Below are positions 1 to 11,498 of a DNA stretch of 64,000 bases, piece after piece. The position numbers and the translations under genes were made by a program. Numbering within the stretch: the first letter of the stretch is position 1; each line of letters begins with the position of its first letter. Where the stretch lies: NCBI GenBank assembly GCA_038087875.1, contig CM075989.1, positions 12,340,001 through 12,404,000 of the forward strand, written 5' to 3'. The stretch comes from Malacoraja senta (taxonomy: Eukaryota). The notes beneath the pieces are model-generated. The model had not been told where the DNA came from. It saw nothing but the letters and a program-made list of their open reading frames with translations, and searched no databases.

Positions 1-1049
1 TAGCCTACAAGTATGTATCCTTATCACCTGTTCCATTACACAGTGATTAAGTTGGTGCTGGAATACAATGTTATGGTCAAATGTGGTTCCTGGTGATAGG
101 GCTTATGAAGTTGTCTGATATCTTGCAGCAATTTATGGAGCAAAATATACTTGCTGCCTAAGTTGAAGATGTGTACTGCTTTATACATACAGTCCTGCAC
201 CAGCACATGCATTGCTTTTTTTGTTATGAGCAGATATTGCTCAATAATTCTCGAAATACGGTGCATTAATTGTAAACCACGTTCACTGTCGTACCGATTC
301 GATCTAAAAGAAAATTAAGTTTTACTCTTGCAATTTCATTTATTTCAAAGTTACTTGAACACGCTCTCCTAATTAGAGTTTAAGGTGATAAAAAGTTGAT
401 TATCTAATTAAACCATGCTGAAATTTTACGCATTGAGGGATTATGGTGTATTAGAGGTTCCATCCTGCCATTGTGACCCAGTCTGCCTCCTTGGGTGGTC
501 CATGCAGTACCATGACTATATTCAAAGAGACAGCTTATTTCTAAACATCATTGAGTGTGAATTAAAAAAAATGTAGCCAGCTAGTTAATCTGCTCTGATT
601 TGTAGATTTGAATCAAGACACTTCATTTCTGTAAACTCTACCCCATATTTGTTCTGTACAGCTTTGTGTGAAACTGTCTAATTTGGCAGGTAAAAAAATG
701 ATCTAAATGGTTAAAAAATGCTGAGTGATCTGGGTGTTCTAGTTCACGAATCATCAAACGCATACAGCAAGTAATTAGGAAAACTGAAAACTTTACTACA
801 AGGAGTTTAGTACAAAAAGGGATGTCATACTTCATTTAAATGGGCCATTGGAGAGATCACAGCTTGAGCATAGGGCAGGGAAATTCTCATTACTTGGGAG
901 AGAATGATAAGGCTAGAAGAATGTGTGCAAAGGAGATTTACTTGATTAATACCTGGCAGACAAGCTCAGCTTGGATCTTAAATTCAGAAGAGCGAGAGGG
1001 GATGATTTAAATGTAAATGATCCTGAGGGGTCTTGGCAGGGTAGATCTG

Positions 1050-2365
1050 GAGAGATCTTTTGTACAAGATGTTGGGTGAGGCTACATTTGGAATATTGTG
1101 TTCAGTTTTGGTCACCCTGCTATAGCAAAGACGTGTTAAGCTGGAAAGAGTACAGAGAAGATTTATAATTTTGCCAGGACTTGAGGATCTGAACTCTAGG
1201 GAGAGGATGATCAGGCTAGGACTTTATTATTTGGGGTGCAGGAGAATGAGAGGTCATCTTAGAGGTGTATAAGATCATCAAAGGAATAGATAGCAAAAAC
1301 AGGAAGGCAGATTATTATCTAAATGGTACCAAGTTGGGAAAAGGGGAAGTAGAACAGGATCTGGGGGTCCTTGTTCATCATTCAATGAAAGTAAGCATGC
1401 AGGTTCAGCAGGCAGTGAAGAAAGCGAATGACATGTTGGCCTTCATAACAAGAGGAGTTGAGTATAGGAGCAAATAGATCCTTCTGCAGTTGTACAAAGG
1501 CCTAGTGAGACCACACCTGGAGTATTGTGTGCAGTTTTGGTCCCCAAATTTTAGGAAAGACATTCTTGCTATTGAGGGAGTGCAGCGTTGGTTCACAAGG
1601 TTAATTCCCGGGATGGCGGGACTGTCATATGCTGAGAGAATGGAGCGGCTGGGCTTGTATACTCTGGAATTTAGAAGGATGAGAGGGTATATTATTGAAA
1701 CATATAAGATTATTAAGGGTTTGGACACACTAGAGGCAGGAAACATGTTCCCAATGTTGGGGGAGCCCAGAACCAGGGGCCACAGTTTAAGAATAAGGGG
1801 TAAGCCATTTAGCACGGAGATGAGAAAACACTTTCACACACAGTTGTGAGTCTGTGGAATTATCTGCCTCAGAGGATGGTGGAGGCCGGTTCTCTGGATA
1901 CTTTCAAGAGAGAGCTAGATAGGGCTTTTCAAGAGAGAGCTAGATAGGGCTCTTAAAGATAGCAGAGTCAGGGGATATGGGGAGAAGGCAGGAACGGGGT
2001 ACTGATTGTGGATGATCAGCCATGATCACATTGAATGGCGGTGCTGGCTTGAATGGCTGAATGGCCTACTCCTGCACCTATTGTCTATTGTTTAAGATGA
2101 AAGGGGAAAGATTTAATAGGAATCTGAGGGGTGACATTTTCACACAGAAGGTGGTGGGTATATGGAAAGAGTTGCCTGAGGAGATGATTGAGGCAGTCAA
2201 TATAACGGAATTTAAAATAAATTTAGGCAGGTAACATGGACAGGAGAGGTTTAGAGGTATATGAGCCAAACATGGGCAGATAGGACTAGTGTGGATGGGG
2301 CAGAATGGTTCACGTGGGCAAGTTGGACTGGAGAGCCTGCTTCAGTGTTGTTTGACTGTTATGGG
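1050..2365 (+). mobile_element. Nested CR1 LINE 3' fragments (young copy ~1290-2085 inside an older one)
   Basis: LVRPHLEYCVQFWSP, YKIIKGLD and RTRGHSL peptides; CR1 3' UTR. Confidence 0.9.
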
Positions 2366-2501
2366 GGAATCTAGAACTGCATATTAAGTAATTCTAAAGT
2401 GCTCGTTAGCTGAGAAGTATAATTCCCAATCTCAAAGACACCCATTTGAATTAATTAGTGCCTGCAGATTACTCAGGAACATTTTCCCCATTGTATTTCA
2501 G

Positions 2502-2734
2502 ATCAAGGAGATTCCCAGTGCCTGAGTCAGTCCATGGAGCCAAATAAAAAGATGTTGCTTGATCCTGATTTGTTTGAAGATGAAAATGTAAAAAGTAAAA
2601 CTTTGGAAGAGGTAACCAAAACTGCACTCTCTGAGCCACTTGGTGAATTTCAAATTCCAACAGAGATCAGTCTTGCTGTGAAAATTCCAAAAGACTTAAC
2701 AGTTATAGACAAAGCAATTGACTCCTTTGAATGA
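2502..2734 (+). CDS. TIPIN: Probable terminal coding exon of the convergent neighbouring gene (TIPIN by synteny)
   Basis: Polypyrimidine acceptor ttgtatttcag ends at 2501. Phase-1 open frame (D)QGDSQCLSQSMEPNKK...DSFE* is acidic and low-complexity. AATAAA follows at ~3183 and 3362. Identity is inferred only from the conserved tail-to-tail TIPIN/DIS3L arrangement, not from sequence similarity. Confidence 0.55.
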
Positions 2735-3599
2735 ACACAATTCTGAAACTACAGAAAGCCACTGAAGTGCAGAAAATGAACATTGATGGGGATGCTTCTT
2801 CATCAGCAGCTGGAAACCTCCACAGATGACAATTAAACATGTCAGAGAGTTTTGTTTTTTGAAGTATGACATTGCAATTAGGTGAGAAGTGAAGAATTTA
2901 ATGCAATGTTTGTTTTGGCTATGCAGTATTTCACAGAGATTCTGAACTGCTACAGTTGTAAAAATACTAAATCACTATATTGCAAATAGAATTTGGGAAT
3001 CTAATCATGGCTGTGTTCTCACCACAGTTTTACCACTGGTGCCTAGAAATGTCACTGAAGCTAATGTCTCAAACCATGTTTTGTTTCCTGGTAAGTTAGG
3101 GGAGGGGGAAATACGGTATTGAGCTCCCAAAAAGATTTTCTTCCTGATATGAAACTTAGTTTTTTAAGCTTACTGTAAGCTTAATAAACCTGCTTTATCG
3201 GAAAGTTCTAGCGAACATGATGGGAAAGTGAATTGTATGCTGTGTATGAGTAAACAAAAATTCAAACCAGCTGTAAGCACAAAACAAAACAGACTACTTA
3301 TTAAATTAGTTTATTTTCTAACCCATGTTAACCCAGGTAAAACCGTGTGCCAAATATATTGAATAAAATTTAGAATATATACATCTTGTTCAAAACAACA
3401 TCTCTACATCTTTTGCATTGTTAATTACCATGTTTTGTATTTCAAATAACATCAAACTGCATTCCTATGGGTTGGTTGAATAACTGGCACCAGCTACTTA
3501 GTTCTGACTACCTTGGCATCAAATATGCTAAAAAATCTGTTACTATTAGTGGTTTTGATTAAGATATTTAAAATGGACCCAAAGTCTTGGCTATGATAC

Positions 3600-3902
3600 T
3601 TATCCCACTGAAACATCTTGAAGAGCCATTTCCTTAATTTCTTCCAACAATGAGTAGAGGCTGTTACCCTGAGTTTGACAATATTCTCTATCTTCATCTC
3701 TGATCAATGTTCTTTTTGCATGCTTTTGGGCAAGTTGTGCTTCTTCAGCAGATCTGATTACATCCCGAACCAAGTCAGTCTTTGAAGTGTGAGATGTTCC
3801 ATGTGCAGGTTCAGTACCAGCCTTGGTACGAGGTTGGTTGTTGATGATGTCCAGTTTGATGCTGTCAGGATGTGACCGGGATGAGAATTCTGAGATTCTT
3901 AC
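3600..3902 (-). CDS. DIS3L: DIS3L exon 17 (terminal)
   Basis: VRISEFSSRSHPDSIKLDII...EEAQLAQ...EYCQTQGNSLYSLLEEIKEMALQDVSVG*; TAA at 3602-3600. Confidence 0.95.
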   Translation of the reverse strand, partial: VRISEFSSRSHPDSIKLDIINNQPRTKAGTEPAHGTSHTSKTDLVRDVIRSAEEAQLAQKHAKRTLIRDEDREYCQTQGNSLYSLLEEIKEMALQDVSVG

Positions 3903-5418
3903 CTATTTGAGCACAAAGGTTTACAAAAATTAAATGATATGCAAGTCAATTATAAGAAGAATCTTGCTTATTAAAAATTGTAGAGACTAGGTTGTTGAGT
4001 TAAGACATTACTCAAATAAACTACAGCAATGATGGCAGGAAAATGTGCACAAGTGCACATAAAGTCAGTACCTGAATGTTTGAACAAGTGAACAAAATCA
4101 GCTCCCTTCAATAAGGTGGGCCATGCTAGGCACCCAGTAAACTACACAATGGTTAATTATTAAATTGCATCAAAGATTGAATCCACTTAATGGAGAGCTT
4201 GGGGTGGAGGCACATGGCTGAATTGAGAGGAGTGCTATGTGAGAGAAACAGCAAGGATGGTTGAATTTCTGTGGGTAACATGGTTTTATGATAGGAATTT
4301 GGAAATAATGCTTTTATTATTTCAAGGATTAAAAAGAGCAGGCCATTCAGGCCCTCCTGCATGCTTTGTTCTTCAGAAATGTAGCTGATCTACCTTGTCC
4401 CACATTCACTTTCCCACCCTCTCCCCATAATCCCCCTCCGTTTCCCTTGCTGGTTTAAAAATCCATCAATCTTCACTTCAAAGATTCAGTAAAACAGATT
4501 TTCTTCTCTTCATTAACTTGTTGCTTTAAACATAGCCTCTCAGTAGTCTGAAGACGGGTTCTGACCTGAAGCGTCACCTGTCTATTTCCTTCCACAGATA
4601 ATTCTTGGCCTGAGTATTTTTTTCCTAAAGATTCCAGCATCTGCAATCTCTTCCCTCCATCTCACATTTGAAGTTCTCCAAAGGATTAAGAAAGACTATT
4701 TTAAACACAATCAAAACTGCTGATGTTGGAAATCTGAAGTAAAAATGAAAAATGCTGTAAACACTGCAGTCTGACAGCATGTGAGAGAAGATAATGTTCA
4801 AGGTTGATAACCCTCAATCATGAAAAGAGAAAACAAGTCCATTTCAATTTGCAGCAAGGGTGGGGAGGGTGAGGAGAAGGTTGCCCAGTTTAGAGATTCT
4901 GAGAAAAGTTTAAAATAAACAAAAGGGGCAGGTCAGGCCAGCTGTTGAAACCAAAAGGAAGGTATTCGAAAAGGATGTCAAATCAGGCAGTGTATGGGAA
5001 GTTCATGTTACAAATGGGGAACATTGCAACAGAACAGTCCTGATACAGAGAAAGCAAGTTGACTGAAATTGTTGAATTAAGTCCTGGAGGCTGCTAATTG
5101 CCTAGATGGAAGGTGAGGTGCTGTTCCTCAGGCTTATGTTGGAACAGTGTAGGAAGTCACAGACAGATTAGAATAGGATGGAAAACTAAAGTGACTGGCA
5201 ACTAACTGCTCAAAAAATCTCCGGTGAATGGAAGTGGTTTGCATTGTGGTCACTCAAGTTGCTGGACGTTGTGTATTTAAATAAACAACGTCATTGTTGG
5301 ACGTTGTGTATTTAAATTTGACTTCTTTTTAACTCAAATGTTTAATATTTGCTCTTATTTTTGGAACTTAATTTGTGTAGTTTTGCCCAATTATGTATGC
5401 ATACATTTGTATACTTAC

Positions 5419-5593
5419 TGTGATGTGTTCAAAGAGAGAGAAGGTAATAGATTCCCCACCAGCTGTAGTGGAGATAATTTTGTCTCTAAGGCGTCGGAGA
5501 GAGCCAGGTTTCCATTCACATGATCCGTCAGGCTGTGCTGTGATCACAAGTCCCTCTTTATTCTTTAGGAATGCTGCAGATTTTATACCATAC
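5419..5593 (-). CDS. DIS3L: DIS3L exon 16 (S1 domain)
   Basis: [17 protein letters not shown]...WKPGSL...FSLFEHIT; 175 nt. Confidence 0.96.
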
Positions 5594-6883
5594 CTAGGTT
5601 CATACACAGAGCACAATTTTATTTTTCTATTAACTTACTTACATAGGTAGATTTGGTCTAAAAAGAAATCTACACAGAGTAATGTAATTCAAATTAATGT
5701 CAGCTTTCAAATGATGTTTTTTAAATGACACTAGTGCAGTGCCAGTTTGGTGTGGATCATAGTTATGGGTGCACGTAAGGAAAACTTGACTGTTATTCTT
5801 GTCTATTAGCTAAATTACTGACACAGACGTACTCTACCACTGAAGGTCATCCAATTTATTGTGTCAAGCATGCTCTCATTTTCACCACTAGTTAAAATAA
5901 ATGGGCATTTATTTAATGTTATAATTACCAAAACTTTCACAGTTGATAAAGGACTGAAAGTATAGTTAAGTTTCAGACAATTTACAAGCCAATTTACAAA
6001 CTCTAATATGGCACGGAAAAAATAACCTAAATTTAATTGGTAAGTCCGATTGGTTCAGAAATAGATTATAGCCAAGGCATAAGAGTATTTTCAAGTTAAC
6101 CTTTGAAATGTCATGGCATCTTCTCTGTCCATTTGAGAAAGCATGCAAGGCCTTGACCTAATGTCTCAATTGAAAGATGGCACCCTTGATACTATGTTGG
6201 GCGAGTGTTTGCTCATCCCTGTAGTAGAATCTACAACCTGTTTCCTACTTTCCATTGCAAGATCACAACACAAACTCTAACAACATGGGATAATGGATCA
6301 AAGCACAATTACGTGGATGCTGGAAATCTGACACACAATCTGTATTTATGGAGACAGTCAACATTTCAGGAATATGACCACAAATGTGTCATGTGCCTTG
6401 GTACTAAATGAACATATAATATATCATATCTCTATCTGCTTTACAGTTGAAGCAAACAAAAAGATTATTTTACAAACAAAATCAAGAAACCAGCTGCTGC
6501 CTATAAAACAGTAACAAAGTTTAATGACTTTCCAGTAGCTGTGGAATATACCGTGAAAGTTACTAAATAGAGCTTTGTGATTGCTGCATGCCCTATTCTG
6601 CCATAAATATTTCTTGTAAACCATTGTATTTCCTTAATATTACAAGACAAAGAAACAAACCCCATGGTTACGGAGGTAAAAACAGAAAAGGCTGAGAAAT
6701 CTCAGCCAAACAGGCAGCATCTGTGGTAAGAGAAACAGTCAATGTTTCAGTTCTACAAGTCTGTTCCAGACCTGAAATGTTGACTGCTCCTCTTTCCACA
6801 GATGCTACCTGACTTTCTCAGTTTTTCTAGCATTTAGTTTTTGTTTCAGACTTCCATCTGGATGTTTTATTTTCACAGATCTA

Positions 6884-9800
6884 CAGTGCCCTCCATAATG
6901 TTTGGGACAAAGACCCGTCATTTATTTATTTGCCTCTGTACACCACAATTTGAGATTTGTAATAGCAAAAATCGTATGTGGTTAAAGTGCACATTGTCAG
7001 ATTTTAATAAAGGCCATTTTTATACATTTTGGTTTCACCATGTAGAAATGACAGCAGTGTTTATACATAGTCCCCACATTTCAGGACACCATAATGTTTG
7101 GGACATATGGCTTCACAGGTGTTTGTAATTGCTCAGGTTCGTAATAATTGCCTCCTTAATGCAGGTATAAGACTGTTCTCAGCACCTAGTCTTTCCTCCA
7201 GTCTTTCAATCACCTTTGGAAACTTTTATTGCTGTTTATTAACATGAGGGCCAAAGTTGTGCCAATGAAAGTCAAAGAAGCCATTATGAGACTGAGAAAC
7301 AAGAATAAAACTGTTAGAGACATCAACCAAACTTTAGGCTTACCAAAATCAACTGTTTGGAACATCATTAAGAAGAAAGAGAACTGGTGAGCTAACTAAT
7401 CGCAAAGGGACTGGCAGGCCAAGGAAGACCTCCACAGCTGATGACAGAAGAATTCTCTCAAATAAAGAAAAATCCCCAAACTGTCCGACAGATCGGAAAC
7501 AAGCTTCAGGAGTCAAGTGTGGGTTTGTCAATGACCACTGTCCGCAGAAGACTTCATGAACAGAAATACAGAGGCTACACTGCAAGATGCAAACCACTGG
7601 TTAACTGCAAAAATAGGATGGCCACGTTACAGTTTGCCAAGAAGTACTTAAAAGAGCAACCACAGTTCTGGAAAAAGGTCTTGTGGACAGATGAGACTAA
7701 GATTAACTTAGATCAGAGTAATGGCAAGAGCAAAGTGTTGAGGAGAGAAGGAACTGCCCAAGATCCAAAGCATACCACCTCATCTTTGAAACAGTGGTGG
7801 GGGTGTTATGGCATGTATGGCTGTTGAAGGTACTGTCTCACTTATTTTCATTGATGATACAACTGCTGATGGTAGTAGCATAATGAATTCTGACATGTAT
7901 AGACACATCCTATCTGCTCAAGTTCAACAAATGCCTCAAAACTCATTGGCCGGCGGTTCATTCTACAGCAAGACAATAATAATAATAATAATAATAGATT
8001 TTATTTATATAGCGCTTTTCAGGACTCAAAGTCGCTTTACAATTGAGAGTCAGGAATAAACAAAACAAAATAGAGCAGTAAGACAGAGGGGGGGGGGGGA
8101 ACATGGGACTAAGGGTATGCAGAGGTGAAGAGATGGGTCTTGAGGCGGGACTGGAAGATGGTGAGGGACTCAGAATTTCGGACCGGTTGTGGGAGGGAAT
8201 TCCAGAGCCTGGGAGCTGCCCTGGAGAAGGCTCTGCCTCCAAAAGTGCAGAGGTTTGATTTCGGAGTGGAGAGGAGACCAGCTGATGTGGATCTGAGGGA
8301 CCGTGAGGGTTGGTAGGGGAGAGGAGGTCAATGAGATAAGGGGGGCCAGGTTGTTGAGGGCTTTGTAGGTGAGGACCAGGATTTTGTAGGTGATCCGGTG
8401 GGAAATGGGAAGCCAGTGAAGTTCTTTGAGAACTGGGGTGATGTGGTGCCAGGATTTGGTGTGGGTAATGAGTCGAGCGGCTGCATTTTGGACCAGTTGG
8501 AGTCGTTTGATGCTGCTGGAATTGATTCCGAAAAGAAGAGAGTTACAGTAGTCCAGTCGGGAGGAGATGAAGGCATGGATGAGTCTTTCAGCAGCGGGGG
8601 GTGTGAGAGACGATCTGATTTTTGCAATGTTGCGGAGGTGAAAAAATGATGTTTTGACAACATGGCGGATGTGAGGCTCAAGGGAGAGGGTTGAGTCAAG
8701 GATCACGCCAAGGTTGCGTGCCTGAGGAGATGGGGAGACAGTGGTGCCGTCGATAGTGAGAGTGGGGTTGTTAATTTTAGTGAGTGTTGATTTGGAGCCA
8801 ATGAGGAGAAATTCTGTTTTGCTACTGTTTAATTTAAGGAAGTTGAGTTGCATCCAAGATTTGATGGCTGATAGGCAGGAGTTGATATGGGAGAGAGGGG
8901 GGTGGTGGGGGGACTTGGTGCTGAGATAGATCTGGGTGTCATCAGCATAGCAGTGGAAGTCCAGGTTGAAGTGACGGAGTATATGACCAAGGGGGAGGAT
9001 GTAGATGATGAAGAGGAGGGGACCAAGAACGGAGCCTTGGGGAACGCCTTGAGTGACAGTGGCTGTGGCAGAGGTGTGGTTATGGAGAGAGATGAAGTGG
9101 GATCGGTTGGAAAGGTAAGAACGGAACCAGCTGAGTGCAGAACCTTCAATGCCAAGGTCCCTAAGTCTGTTGAGCAGGATGTTGTGGTTGACGGTATCGA
9201 AGGCTGCACTCAGGTCGAGGAGGATGAGGATATTGAGGGAGCCAGAGTCAGCAGAGGTAAGGAGGTCATTGAGGACTTTGAGGAGAGCAGTTTCTGTGCT
9301 ATGGAGGGGGCGAAATCCAGATTGGAGGGGTTCGAATAGGTTATATCGAATGATCCCAAACATACTGCTAAAGAACAAAAAGAGATTTTCAAAGCTAAAA
9401 AATGGTAAATTCTTGAGTGGCCAAGTCAATCACCTGATCTGAACCCAATTGAGCATGCCTTTTATATGCTGAAGAGAAAACTGAAGGGGACTAGCCCCCA
9501 AATCAAGCATAAGCTAAAGATGGCTGCAATACAGGCCTGGCAGAGCATCACTAGAGAAGACACCCAGCAACTGGTGATGCCCATGAATCGCAGACTTCAA
9601 GCAGTCATTGCATGCAAAGGATATGCAACAAAATACTAAACATGACTACTTTCATTTACATGACATTGCTGTGTCCCAATCATTATGGTGCCCTGAAATG
9701 AGGGAACTATGTATAAACACTGCTGTAATTTCCACATGGTGAAACCAATGTATAAAAATGGCCTTTATTAAAACCTGACAATGTGCACGTTAACCACATG

Positions 9801-9892
9801 TGATTTTTTTCTGTTACAAATTTCAAATTGTGTAGTACAGAGGCAAATAAATAAATGACGGGTTTTTGTCCCAAACATTATGGAGGGCACTG
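6884..9892 (+). mobile_element. Tc1/mariner IR/DR-type DNA transposon, full length, decayed transposase
   Basis: TA flanks at 6882-6883 and 9893-9894. ~220-bp TIRs start CAGTGCCCTCCATAATGTTTGGGACA and carry an internal direct repeat. Transposase remnants run 7244-9639 (KSTVWNII, WTDETK, QQDNDPKH, SPDLNPIE, ATKY*). Confidence 0.95.
7978..9348 (-). mobile_element. 5'-truncated L2 LINE inserted in the Tc1 transposase
   Basis: RT motifs QSGFR, LDLSAAFDTV, GVPQGSVLGP, YADD, SRLDYCN and HITPVL..LHWLP; (ATT)n tail at the left end. Confidence 0.93.
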
Positions 9893-10062
9893 TACATCGA
9901 TTTGTATTTTGGTTTTTGCTTTCCTCTTTTGTCTATGCATTCTAAGCACTTTGATTTCCGAATAGCTGAGAAATCTCAATTTGGGAATAATGAGAATTAT
10001 TGATATTTATCAAACTTAATTTAAAAGATAATTAGATATTCTGACTTCGGTAGACAACTTAC

Positions 10063-10208
10063 TTCGGTACAAATACCAGCACACCGTTTGCTCGTATTGA
10101 GTATATGATACCATCTGCTACGCAACGTTCATCAGAAGTGGAATCTTTATCCTTAAAGTACATGCACTGAAATAACTCTACGGATTGTTTCTGCACGCGC
10201 TGAGCAGC
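10063..10208 (-). CDS. DIS3L: DIS3L exon 15
   Basis: [48 protein letters not shown]; 146 nt. Confidence 0.96.
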
Positions 10209-10995
10209 CTAAACAATGGGATAAGAATTTTAATTAGGCAATAGTATGCAATTCTGCAAACTGAAGTTATATAAAACATTGATTTTTCAGACTTTGTGCA
10301 AGGCAGCTTTTTACAAATTGCCTCTGTAAGCAAAATACTCATTAACAGGCTCACAGTAAAGAATAGCTTCCACCAAAAAGTACTGTCAAGACCTATAGAG
10401 GTGCTCCAGCTTCAGTCACAGCTTAATTAAAAACAGTATTTGGCATAGTAATTTCAAAAGCAACATTACGCAAGATACCATTCACAAAATTTAATCTTTC
10501 TATTTAAAAACTAAGCAATCTTGTCGGGTCTTGAACAGGTTCCTTGTATTAACGGTTAGTCCTTTCTCAAGCATTCTTTCCTTAAGTAACTGGTTTCTGC
10601 CCAAGACCTTCCCTGAATGTTCTTGTAAACATCAAGCAATACTGCAGCATGTACAATAGCTGGGAACGTATGAAGGGGTATAATCTCTAACAAAGCTTGA
10701 TATCCACTTTTATTTTTGAAACATGTTCTCTTCCAAGCGCGATGACATTTTTTTCAAAAATGCTGTTGCCAGATTAGACGCCTCTTCCTTTCTGGCTCAG
10801 GGTGTGTTTTTGCTTCCAGCGATAATTTGATTACTTTCTCGCTGATAGAATGAGTAAAATTTCCAATTTTGAATGAAATTTTGGGAAACTTTTATCCAGT
10901 GGATCCACTCTAGCTGTCCAAGCTTCAAATGTAGGTGAGAAGGATGGGAGGTCTATGATAAAGTGTTGCATTCCCTGTTGTCAAAGTCACTTTCT

Positions 10996-11049
10996 GGGGT
11001 GGGAGATTGCAACCTTCACGTGGTCCGCCCTGTTTCGACGAATGCAATC
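10996..11049 (+). ncRNA. Minimal HDV/CPEB3-like self-cleaving ribozyme
   Basis: P1 GGGGUGG/CCGCCCU with G1.U wobble; P2 GAUUGCA/UGCAAUC; P3 ACC/GGU; L3 UUCACGU; J4/2 CGAA; P4 reduced to a UUCG loop. Confidence 0.8.
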
Positions 11050-11133
11050 AACCTGGTGTGCACAATCAAATAAGATCAAATAGAACAAGTTGCCCTACAA
11101 CGTTAGGCTGTGCAAGCCATACGCAAGAAGAAG
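10996..11133 (+). mobile_element. Short non-autonomous retroelement with a 5' HDV-like ribozyme and (AAG)n tail
   Basis: TSD agtcactttct(g) at 10985-10995 and 11134-11144; ends CATACGCAAGAAGAAG. Confidence 0.85.
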
Positions 11134-11319
11134 AGTCACTTTCTGATGAGCTATCTGGAAGGTTTTCCACCAAGTGCTGCCAGCACAAAATGATATTAGC
11201 AGAATCTGACAGTTCTTTGGCCATACTCCTTCCCTAATGTGAATGTAATGATACCTTTACATTTATGTTATGAATTAAAATAAAATAATAAAAAGCCTAC
11301 TGAGTTATTCTGTACTCAC

Positions 11320-11498
11320 CCTATTCTTCTTGTTGATATGATGACATAATTCTTCCAAATCCTTCTGGCTGAGCAATGGATTTTCAGGTTCTAATTTCTT
11401 ATCTTTTAATAAAGCTGCCATTAATAGTCGATGGACTACTATGTCTGCATATCTTCTGATTGGAGATGTGAAATGAGTATATTTGTCCAGAGCAAGTC
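11320..11498 (-). CDS. DIS3L: DIS3L exon 14
   Basis: [25 protein letters not shown]...HINKKNR, the RNB signature; 179 nt. Confidence 0.97.

Noticed and set aside
1..640. Possible intronic scaRNA/snoRNA in the TIPIN intron
   Set aside because: No convincing H/ACA or C/D architecture could be identified by eye.
8170..9429. 419-aa RT ORF as a host gene
   Set aside because: Chimeric reading of antisense Tc1 plus truncated L2, with no endonuclease and a frameshifted end.
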